This document shows positions 48,413 through 58,192 of a stretch of DNA of 64,000 bases, piece by piece (the first letter of the stretch is position 1; every line of letters begins with the position of its first letter). Origin of the DNA: Schizosaccharomyces osmophilus (Eukaryota); the NCBI RefSeq assembly GCF_027921745.1, contig NC_079238.1:5270001-5334000 (forward strand). The letters are read 5' to 3'. The notes beneath the pieces were generated by a model that worked only from the letters and a program-made list of their open reading frames with translations, did no database searches and was not told the origin of the DNA. Made by a program: the position numbers and the translations under genes.

Positions 48413-48490
48413 GAAACACTCAGAGATCTTGGTGTATTAGCAAAAAAATCATAAACAAATTCATGAGCAAATATTTCATCACCATGTTCC
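48413..48490 (-). ncRNA. U24: Box C/D snoRNA U24 (snR24)-like
   Basis: Stem GGAACAT/GTGTTTC, C box GTGATGA (48482-48476), ATATTTGCT element, guide CACCAAGATCT plus D box CTGA (48423-48420); complementary to conserved LSU AGATCTTGGTG..AGCAAATAT. Confidence 0.88.
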
Positions 48491-48643
48491 GAAATCGCAA
48501 ACTACTTTTTCATCAAGCAATAAAAAACATACACCTTGAAACCAGTAAAGAAACAGAAGCCGATTCATATATACATCCTGAGCGATGTCGTCCTAAAAGA
48601 GACAGTTAATACATATTCTTTTTTATAAAGAAAGAAATCACTG

Positions 48644-48749
48644 AAAATATCAGAAGAGTATTGCTCGCATGTCGATGGAGCCCATTGGGATCAGGCGAGA
48701 TCCCGAGCTTACCCACCTCTCAATCGCAAATTATTTCATCACAATATTC
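48644..48749 (-). ncRNA. snR87: Box C/D snoRNA snR87/U16-like (guide for SSU rRNA Am436)
   Basis: C box GTGATGA (48742-48736), guide TAATTTGCG complementary to 18S CGCAAATTA, D' TTGA, D box CTGA (48653-48650), short AATA/TATT terminal stem. Confidence 0.82.
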
Positions 48750-49023
48750 CAGCAATTTAGAATTCAATAAAATAAAAAAACATACCTCTTAAAAGAGAAT
48801 CCAATTCTCAGACCCTGGACTGAATCATATTTTCCTATTCTTTACACTAGTGAATGGTTGAGAGAAAAAGGGAAGCGCTCGATTGGAAAATTTATAGCAC
48901 AAAATCATCATAAAGATATATACATTCATTATTTTGTAGGCTAAAATTAAAATATATACAATTAAATACAAATTAATTTTTGTGTATTTTCTTCGTAGAG
49001 CATGGAAATCGCTAAACAGCATG

Positions 49024-50701
49024 TCATGGTCGTTCAGCTTTCATTTGCTGCTGCTGTTGTTGCTGTAATTGAAGTTGTTGTAGGTGTATGTTCCTAGCAA
49101 CTGTCATTATAGTGGGTAAATCAGTTCCAGCTACAGCTGCCTGCTGATTCAGTAATTCTGTGATTTGTTCGCGACTCATTCCCCGTGCCTTCATTTGAGC
49201 AGCTTTTTGCTGAAAGAGAATAGCTAACTGTCGAATACGATTCATATCCATGACTTGCTCCCGCTTGACGGCAGGAGGATCTGCTGGTGTTGGACCAGTG
49301 GAAGAAGGAAAGGGGCCTAAACGAAAATTCATTAGCGATTTCGAAAAGAAAAAAGAGAAACATACCAGTAGGTGCTTTTTGTGTCATCGAGGGAGGAATA
49401 GTCGCTGGAAGCGCTTGCTTTGGCATGGATGGCTGAACAGGAGGAATATGTATATTAGGGGGAGGTGCTTGACGCTGAGTTTTCGGCGTTGATCTTCTCT
49501 GTTTCAATTGTTGTTGTAGTTGTTGCTGCTGTTGCTGTTGTTGCAACTGCTGTCTAGCAAGCTGAGATGTAGGGGCTTCCTGTCGCGTCGCTTGTTGCTG
49601 TTGCTGCTGCAATTGCTGACGTTGCTGCAGAATGGCACGCTTTCTGCGGACATTTTCTATGAATTGTAGTCTTTGGAAAGTAGGTTGGAAATCGTGATTC
49701 CTTTGGTCATCCATAAGCAAAAGCAAGTTTTCTTTTTCAAGTCGTTCGGCTTCTTCGCCGGCAAGTTGAGCAGATCCTTGCTGGCGCTTTCTTTTCAATG
49801 GTGGAGGAGCATCAGCCAGCTCATTTAATACATGGATCATTTGTGGCTTCGAGGCAGCTGGAGTTAAAATCAGTGGCGGCTCGGAAGCAACCAAGATTTT
49901 GGACTCCAGATCCAGAATGTTATCATCTGATAACTGTCCAGCCAAACTTTCGTTCAGCAAGCACAAATCCTGGTAAAGTGTCTCCGGTGTAGGACGCAGC
50001 ACGGTGTAATGGACTGGTGGAGACGAGGATGCTTGTGTGGAAGCAGGCATGGCAGGCTGCATAGCTGTTTCTGCATTTGTTGCATTTTTTGGTAGGTAAG
50101 AAGGAGAAGGCGGAGGAGGCGGAGCTTTTAAAGATGAGGCTGTGGTGGAAGATTGTGATTGACTCGAATCGTTGGAGGTGCTATGTCGATGATCGACGAT
50201 TCGAACAGTTAAGCAACCATCGTAAAACTTTATATTTGAGTTTTGAAACACTTCAAGACAATCCGGTGGTATCAATTCCATTCGTATGTAATGTAGGATA
50301 GTCTTCACCGGCCCATTGTACGTGAATGCTCCATCTTGTTGTTCAAACCGAAAATGATACTTGTGAATATGCAATACCAAACTTGGTTCTTCATTTTGAT
50401 ATTTTTTTCTAATTTCTTCGGATTTTCTGGGAACTAGGTTTATTCGCATCAGTAATTGCCATTGTGGTTTCAATTGTGTTCACGTCCAACCAAAACAATT
50501 CGACAGATATCATCGTTTATTTTGGTTGTTTATCTCATTATACTTACCATTCAATGAATCCAAATAAGGTGTCAACTTAGTTAAAGGCTCAATTTCTGAG
50601 GATCTTTCCTTTTGTTTATCATACGTCTTCAATTCTTCATCTCCGTATTCGTGACCCTGAAACCTATACCAAAATTGTTTTCCCTTCTTTTCTTCATCCA
50701 T
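49024..50701 (-). CDS. spt20: SAGA complex subunit Spt20, 3 exons
   Basis: PSLVLHIH..FYDGCLTVRIVDHR..LRPTPETL domain and Q-rich C-terminus; introns 50434-50547 and 49317-49365. Confidence 0.9.
49500..49630 (-). repeat. CAA/CAG poly-glutamine tracts within spt20
   Basis: QQQQQQ runs encoded by mixed CAG/CAA codons; another tract at about 49045-49080. Confidence 0.85.
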
Positions 50702-51428
50702 TGCCTTCACATAAAATTACTTTACAAGAACAACCGGCGAAGTATCCTCATGCCAAAGAATTTGGCAAACAGCAACACTACATCTGCTTGGTACTACCTG
50801 GGATATAGTGAAGTAAACCGTGGGGAGTTATTCCAAAGTAACGTGGTAGTATATACTCGCGTATATTACTATAACGCGTCCTTACACACTGCGTATATTA
50901 TTGCACCGAACTGGTACACAAACTTTTTATCCTTTCTTTTAATGTATTCAAGTGACATACGGTAAAGTACATAAACGATTATGCTCCGCCTTCTCAAAAT
51001 GCCTGTCCTTGGCATTAGTGTAAGATAAAAACATTGCAAATGCCAATTGTCTGTCAAAAAGCCAATGAATTGAGTATATAAAAGTTGCTTTAATAGGTGA
51101 TAGTAGAGCTTTTTGTGGATCTACATAAACTTTTCTTACCGGCTTGTCGGATTCGTAAAGGAGAGATTGATCAAGTTTGCACCTTGGCTCGCAGAATTTA
51201 TTGAGACGATTGAGACGCATCAAAGGTGTTGCTAAATACTAGTAGTCCAAGATTGGTGGCTGCTTTATCTTTGGAATCGTTTAGTGCAATCGGTGGATTT
51301 GGGAATTGTACTTTATTTGAGCATTCTATCAATTGCTGTTGTTGTTACTAGTTTCTCTTTGTAGAATTGCAATTTTTGAAGACCTTTTTCGTTGCAAGTG
51401 CGCGGAGACAGACGGATTCTTTATAAAG

Positions 51429-52403
51429 ATGAATACGATCGTGCTTGACCATCGGGGAGAGTTTCTAAGCTTCTTTCGATGTCTCGATATGCTTTGCTAT
51501 GCTATCATAATTCAGCAGTATTATCAAGAGTAAGTACTTTTCCGTCAAGAATTCTCAAAAATGAGACTATTAGTAATTCAAGAATGACCAGCTACTTACA
51601 CGATCAGTCCTGTAATCTTCCTCTTACTATTTAAAATATTTGTGCAACTGGTATGTATTGGACCAACGACTTAGGTCGCTATGAATTTTTTTTCCCTTAC
51701 TAATGATTTTTAGAGTTACCTAACTCCAAAACCATTTTTGCAATTTTCGTCGTTTCCTCTGTTTTACCCTTTATTGATCAGTTTTGCCATATCGTTATTC
51801 TCCCGATTCCTCTTTAGTCTTCCTATTCCTGGGGAAAGTTTAGATGGGTACTTGTATGGAGGCTCAATTATTAATTTCATTGGAGAGAAGGCTGTTTCTT
51901 CTTATTCTTCCTTGATTTTATCTGACTTCTTTTTATTTCTCCTTCAAATATTTATGGCCCTAGCATTGGTATCTGTAAACCAAAAGGATCTCAGGGCCTT
52001 CCTTAACCGAAATTCAGATGGAACAGACCGGCCACCATTAGGGCAAGCTCCTTCTGTAGAACGCGACAGCGACCGGAATGAACAGCAATCTCTGGACGAT
52101 GGACAAAGACATACACTGTTACGGAATCAAACCGAGGTGGAACGCCAGCAGTTATTTACTAGATTTTCTCAATCGATTCGCAGTCTGCGAAACGGAATGT
52201 CCGCTTATCCTTTTGCAAACTCGATTCCGTTAGCTAGGTCGAGTGCTGGTTGTTCTATAGTTCCTACCATCGAAATAAAAAAGAGTGACTGGAAGCATTT
52301 ATTTTGGAAGGTAGACCCTCTTTCAGAATTTTCTTCCTTGAACGCCTCTCAAGGAAACGACTCAGCCCATCTAGCCTCGTTCCCTTCTGCAAGCAACTCT
52401 TGA
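51429..52403 (+). CDS. dsc4: Golgi Dsc E3 ligase subunit Dsc4 (DUF1746-type membrane protein), 3 exons
   Basis: Introns 51530-51607 and 51651-51713 join MNTIVLDHRG.. to the 221-aa ORF; GYLYGGSIINFIGEK motif. Confidence 0.82.
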
Positions 52404-53092
52404 TGCTAAATCATGTGTATTAGAAAATCTTGACTTAGAGTCTATGTTGTCGAACGATGTAAACTTTGCGTTATGAACCGTATTTTTCCGTACAGCTTTA
52501 AAGTCATGACCTGGTATAATCTTTATAGACATTTTATGAGACAATAGAAAAAGTTTACTACCTGGTACTAAGAAGATGATAGAATAATAAACGTAATTGA
52601 CAGAAGATAAAAAATTACTGTTAATTTGCCGTTTGTCAATTACAACTTTTAAAACCGCCAACAAGTATAAAAATCAGTCCCAAATATAACAGAACCAAAT
52701 TGAAGCCGGTGCGAATGAAATAATATGTGAAATTTGATGCTTTCTCGATTCTATCCGATTTATTGCTTGGCATGAATCTGGATTCCTTGGAACAAACTGT
52801 CAGATACACCCTTAGGATGCATTGAACGGCTTTTACGGGATCAAATAGTATGGCATTTTCCTTTGTTTTTCAATGCAATGAGACTTCTTGTGCGATGCCT
52901 TTTGCATGTAATCATCAACGTTAAGAAAACATGCTAGTTTAATAGCACCAATTGTTAGTCCCCAAGCATGAGCAGAGAGATAAAAAGAAAGAAGCTCATC
53001 TTTACTGACTGCCGACTCTTGTCTCTTTCTTTCGAACGTAAAGCATACGCTGTCGTTTTCGTCCAAACAAATGGGTTTCGTCCTTATCAAAA

Positions 53093-53407
53093 CTAATAAA
53101 ACGTAGTCTTAGGAAGGCGTGTTTTCGTTTTTTCTTTGTGGATTTCACTTCTTTTCTAATGTTTATGTTAGCAAGCAATGACTATCTATCAACATACTTC
53201 TGCTGCTAACCTAGCAGCCTCGGCAGGTGGTAAATCAGCAGTATTAGAGACAACGGGTGATTCTGCTAATTTACTTCCAGAATTCGTTATAGCTCTAGGT
53301 GGTTTTTGCACATGGCTATGTATTGGTTTCTCTAATCTCGAGGGTTGCTGAACCTCTACGCCTGGTTTTTTAGGTTCCTTTTGGCAAATCGACAAAATTT
53401 GACCCAT
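53093..53407 (-). CDS. new13: Small (about 90 aa) putatively N-acylated protein, SVIP-like, 2 exons
   Basis: MGQILSICQK N-terminus (Gly2, Cys8); AARLAAE/KR formed across intron 53156-53197; symbol from synteny. Confidence 0.7.
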
Positions 53408-53767
53408 TTTTGAATTGCAATGGCTTTTTTTTGTAATTACTATGCTGCTTGCGGACAAAACGTTGGTGAAGTGATATATTCGTTTGTTTACCCGAAAGAG
53501 AACCTGGCGTAAAAACATTTTTTCACAAAAAGAACGATAGCTCTATCAGTGTAAACCCGGTAAGAATACAAATGCTTAATTTAAATTTCCCTTTTTTGAA
53601 GATACAATTTTACAATCAAAAGGGAAACAACAAACTTTCAAGTTCAGAAATGGACCAAGCTACAACTCTCACTTGAAGAAATAAACAAAAAAGAAAAACC
53701 ATTACATTTATATAAGTAGCAAAAAAACAATTCCTAAACCCAATTGAACCCATTTTTATCAACTCTC

Positions 53768-54616
53768 CTATTCATCATCCATGCCTGCTGTCCCTGGTTC
53801 AATATCGTCTGGTTCAATTCCATCGGGATCACGAGGCTCTTGATCCTCATGCCATTGCGTAGCATCGTCAATATAACTAAGAACTTTTTCTACACTTTCC
53901 TCATTATGGCTTTCTAAGGGGATAAAGTTTACCATATTAAAGTCATCAATCAACTGCACGATACATTGATTCAACTCGTGAAATTTGGGATTCATTTTTT
54001 CATTAATTTCACCAACCAACAAGAGAGGATCCGTATTCAAAAACCGTTTCAGGTCAGCACGGCTAATACTGCTATTGTCCTTTAGTAAATCCATTTTACT
54101 GAGCAAGTTGAGGTGGGGAATTTCGAGCATAACCATAGCACTCATAGCACTAAGGACACCGGCGAAAAATTTGGCTCGGTCAACTAGGAACTGACTTTCC
54201 AGCAGATACAGTGCACATGGTCGATAATTCAAGGTCATTTGTAAGTGTCTTATCAATGTCGGCAAAATAGGTACATGAGTGTACAATTCAATTTGTCCCG
54301 GCATATCAAAAATTAAATAGTCCTCATCATAGTCACCCAGCTCTTCGTTCAACCAATCCAAATTTTCCATCAAGAATTCAAAGCAGTAAATCAAACCACC
54401 GTTAGGTCCGTAGTCCAATTCATCCATTACATCTTCCAAACTAATCAAGTCGCGAATGTCGACTGTAGGCTCCCAGTCAAAGTTTTCTGCAGCTGGATCC
54501 AGATTCACCAAATGACACGACCGTCCGATGCTTTTCATATACGAGATCAGAGACCCGCAAAACGTACTTTTTCCGCTACTCGCCACACCACACGCAAAAG
54601 CAGCTACTTTAACCAT
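53768..54616 (-). CDS. fet5: GPN-loop GTPase Gpn3/Fet5
   Basis: [34 protein letters not shown]. Confidence 0.93.
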   Translation of the reverse strand: MVKVAAFACGVASSGKSTFCGSLISYMKSIGRSCHLVNLDPAAENFDWEPTVDIRDLISLEDVMDELDYGPNGGLIYCFEFLMENLDWLNEELGDYDEDYLIFDMPGQIELYTHVPILPTLIRHLQMTLNYRPCALYLLESQFLVDRAKFFAGVLSAMSAMVMLEIPHLNLLSKMDLLKDNSSISRADLKRFLNTDPLLLVGEINEKMNPKFHELNQCIVQLIDDFNMVNFIPLESHNEESVEKVLSYIDDATQWHEDQEPRDPDGIEPDDIEPGTAGMDDE

Positions 54617-55344
54617 TCTTCCTATTTAGCTGTCGAATGTTGGAAAAATACGCGCTTCCAACTTTTCGCATCTGAGAAGGTCATAACCCATAACCTAATT
54701 GTCGTTGCAGTGCGGTATTTACGTTACTGCAGTTTAATTCACTTCGGGCGCCTTTAAAAGGAGAAAGAACAAAGTAAACCGAGTTTGGTCTCTCTTGAGT
54801 GTGCATAAAAAAAGGAATAAAAGATTCCTTAAGCTTTCTTTTTCTTCTTTTCATCTTCTGTTTGTGAACCTTTTAAAGAGCTTCCCTAAGGATATCACGT
54901 ATTTTACGCTTGTAATATGATATCGTTAATAAATATCATAGTAATAACTCCTAGAAGGGATTACAAGAAAAGAGCAAATCGAACGAACAGGACCCTTTTT
55001 AGATCCAAAGTATATTTCATTTGATGAATTCTTCTCCTTTAGCATCTTTTGCTGGTCTTATGATAGTCTTTCGGTGGACGACTTATCTGTACTTAGTAGA
55101 GTGTTAAAGTGTTACGAAAGAGAGATGTTTCCTTTTGGCAATCTAAACGCGTTCTTTTAGATAAAGACTTTATTATTTTCTAATTTGCACTATTAATTTC
55201 TTTCAATTCAACAATTGACTTATTACAAGGAAAGACAATCCAATGCCGTTTAACGCACTTTAGTGTGCATGAACATTGACTACACCCTCACTTCCTTACC
55301 AGACCCAACTTCCCTGAAAAAGGGAATTGCTTGTTAAAAGGAAA

Positions 55345-57411
55345 ATGTCTGCTCCTCCCTGGCAACAAGTATCGCAAGATGAAGAAGAAGGATCAATAGA
55401 GTATTCGACAAAGTCGCAGGAGGCGACGGAGCCGGTTTCTGACTGGCATGAAGTGAAAACCGAGGATGGTCGTGTATACTATTATGACTCAATATCTAGG
55501 AAGAGTGTATGGGAAAAGCCAGAGGAACTCATGAACGAGTTTGAACGAAAACTGTCAAAATTGGCTTGGAAAGAGTACACCACGGCTGATGGAAAGCAGT
55601 ATTGGTATAATGTAAATACTCGTGAATCTGTCTGGGAAATTCCCGAAGAATTTAGAAAAGCGATCGCCGAGGAGACACTTCCAAAAACTAAACAGACTTT
55701 GCCTCCGGCTCATCATAAACAAGAAGCACGTCCTGAACCGTATCCAGAGTCCGAGGCCCAGTCAGCGAGACCTGACAGAGAACAGGCAACACCTTCCAAA
55801 GATGCAAGTTCTCGAAAGCGTGCTCCAAATTTTGTACCTTCTAAAGAAAAGCGTCAACGACGTGGAGATCACCGTGAAGAGGATTTTGATACCTATGAGG
55901 CCGCTGAGCGAGCTTTTTTCAGATTTCTGGATTCGTTCAATGTTACCCCGAGCTGGACTTGGGAGAAAGCAGTTCATGAATTATGTACTGAAAAAGGATA
56001 TTATGTGATTAAAAACCCTTGGGAACGGAAATGCGCTTTTGATGCTTATATTATGAATTATTTGACGGAGCAGAGTGATAGAGAAAAAAATCGAATTTTG
56101 ACACTTCGAAAAGACTTTTTTGGTCTTTTGAAATCAAGAAATGACATCCGCTCATACACTTTTTGGAGAACCGTTAAATCGCTGTTGGCTGATCAACCTG
56201 CTTTTTTGGCTGCTCCCACCGAGTTTGAGCGACAGTTGTTGTTTTTCGAATACAGACAAAAGTTAAAGGAAGATGATGAAAAGCAACAAAAAGATAATAG
56301 AAAAGCAGCTTTCGATGATTTTTGTGTCCTTTTGAGCAAGTTGGAATTGGATCCTTACACGAGGTGGAACACGGCTCAAGAAAAGTTTGAAAGTGATCCC
56401 CGCTATCAAAAGAATCCAAATATGAAAAATTTATCACATTTAGAAGCTCTCACGGCTTATGAGAGTCACATAAAACAGCTTGAACGCCAGTACATTATGG
56501 AAAAGCAAAGACTAAAGAAAGAGAAGTATAGAACTGAAAGGAAGAATCGTGATGCTTTCCGAATCCTTTTGCTTCGTCTTCGTCAGGAAAAGAAGATAAA
56601 CTTACGCACGAAATGGAAAGAAATATTCCCCCTTTTTAAAGATGATCCTAGATATCTGAATATGCTTGGCCAGCCTGGATCCACTCCTTTAGACCTTTTT
56701 TGGGACAATATTATTGAGTTGGAAAATGATTTCCGGGAAAAGCGAAATGTTGTTTTGGATTGTCTTCAGCTATTGAAACTAAAAGTTGAAGAAGATTCTG
56801 ATATTTCATTATTTGTCCAACGTGTTATGCAAGGCTTAAAAGAAAACAATATGGATGAGTCTGTTACAGAAGATATTGTTCTGGAGGTTATTTTTCGTAT
56901 AAAAGAAAAGATTGCACATCGTAAAGCTGATGAAAAGAAAGCTGACGAGCGTCGGATTCGACGGAAAATTGATAACCTTCGAAGTGCCATCAAATATATA
57001 GAACCCCCTGTTCCTCTCACTGCTACGTATGAAGAAATGAGGCCTGTTTTGTCTGCATTGCCTGAATTTTCTGCCATAGACTCGGAAGAATATCGTGCTG
57101 CCGCCTTTGATAAATACATTCGTAGGCAAAGAGAAAAAACAACATCAGAAAAGCCGATTAGAGCAAGGAGAGGCTATTATGATGAAGCTGAAGATGGTAC
57201 ACGTGGTGGCTACTCGTCTGGGGCTCGCGTGTATGAGACGAAGCCGTCCTTAGACTATGACGAGGATTACCCAATGAAGTCTGACCAACACGTTGGGCCT
57301 TCTGGCCCGGTTCAGCCTTCGAGTCGGAATGATTTTAACTTCTTACAGTCAAATGCTCCTCCTGCGTCTGGCATGGATGGAGAATCAAGTGAGGAAGGTG
57401 AAATCCACTAA
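55345..57411 (+). CDS. usp104: U1 snRNP protein Usp104/Prp40 (2 WW plus FF domains)
   Basis: WHEVKTEDGRVYYY..SVWEKP and WKEYTTADGKQYWYN..SVWEIP; FF repeats; C-terminal EEGEI. Confidence 0.93.
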   Translation: MSAPPWQQVSQDEEEGSIEYSTKSQEATEPVSDWHEVKTEDGRVYYYDSISRKSVWEKPEELMNEFERKLSKLAWKEYTTADGKQYWYNVNTRESVWEIPEEFRKAIAEETLPKTKQTLPPAHHKQEARPEPYPESEAQSARPDREQATPSKDASSRKRAPNFVPSKEKRQRRGDHREEDFDTYEAAERAFFRFLDSFNVTPSWTWEKAVHELCTEKGYYVIKNPWERKCAFDAYIMNYLTEQSDREKNRILTLRKDFFGLLKSRNDIRSYTFWRTVKSLLADQPAFLAAPTEFERQLLFFEYRQKLKEDDEKQQKDNRKAAFDDFCVLLSKLELDPYTRWNTAQEKFESDPRYQKNPNMKNLSHLEALTAYESHIKQLERQYIMEKQRLKKEKYRTERKNRDAFRILLLRLRQEKKINLRTKWKEIFPLFKDDPRYLNMLGQPGSTPLDLFWDNIIELENDFREKRNVVLDCLQLLKLKVEEDSDISLFVQRVMQGLKENNMDESVTEDIVLEVIFRIKEKIAHRKADEKKADERRIRRKIDNLRSAIKYIEPPVPLTATYEEMRPVLSALPEFSAIDSEEYRAAAFDKYIRRQREKTTSEKPIRARRGYYDEAEDGTRGGYSSGARVYETKPSLDYDEDYPMKSDQHVGPSGPVQPSSRNDFNFLQSNAPPASGMDGESSEEGEIH

Positions 57412-58192
57412 TTATGAGTTTGTATTATAGTCCTGACGCATATAAAATCATATTTCATCAATAATTTAATAAACCTCCTCCTTATAGTAACCGTTCTGTA
57501 GTGTGAACTCTTCGCTAGCAGTCGTAATTTCGCCTACCCTTCACCAAGCACCTACAAAAATTGTTTTCACTAGAAAACAGCTTAAGGCTCTATAGTAGCT
57601 ATTCTACTACTATAGGTGGTTGAATTTAAAACGTGTATGTTAATAAATTATTTTATCTTGGAGATTCTGTCTGTTGTTCTTCTTTTTGTTTCGTCGATCG
57701 CCATACTATGAAAACACCGAATTCAATTGCAATTTACCGTATAATAAGACAATTTGACTACAAGAATTTGAATCTATGAGTTGGCAATTATCTTATTTGC
57801 ATAAAAGTATTGCATTAAGCTATGCTGATACTTGCTATCGACTACCCTTGAGCTTAAAGGCTGCTGGTCTTTAAGAGAGTCAGACATGTCGCCTCTCGAT
57901 AGCATGTATCCTGTGAAGTGTTTTGTATACCTCTTTTGGGCTTCGATGCTTCTTTTTTTTATTCTTGGTTTTTTGGTTTGCGCGATTGTCGAAAACTTAA
58001 AAAGCGTGCGTACTCGTACGCTTCTGCAAAGATAGTATTGAACTGACGTATCTTTTTTGTTAAAAAAAAAAATCTATAATCTCTGTTGCTTAACCAAACT
58101 AACTAAGCATATAGCTGTTATGAGACAAAGTGCCTGAGCACTCCAAACTAGATTGAGGTTTTTGGCCACTTCGTAAGTCATATTTAATAGAC

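Larger units (their letters stand above)
48350..48785 (-). ncRNA. Non-coding spliced snoRNA host transcript (two introns, about 60-nt middle exon)
   Basis: Intron A GTATGT 48785..TTAAC..TTTTAG 48593; intron B GTATGT 48532..CTAAC..TTTAG 48350; each holds one C/D snoRNA. Confidence 0.75.

Noticed and set aside
52800..52920. Minus-strand TGATGA...CTGA pair between dsc4 and new13
   Set aside because: No terminal stem and no convincing rRNA complementarity of 10 nt or more
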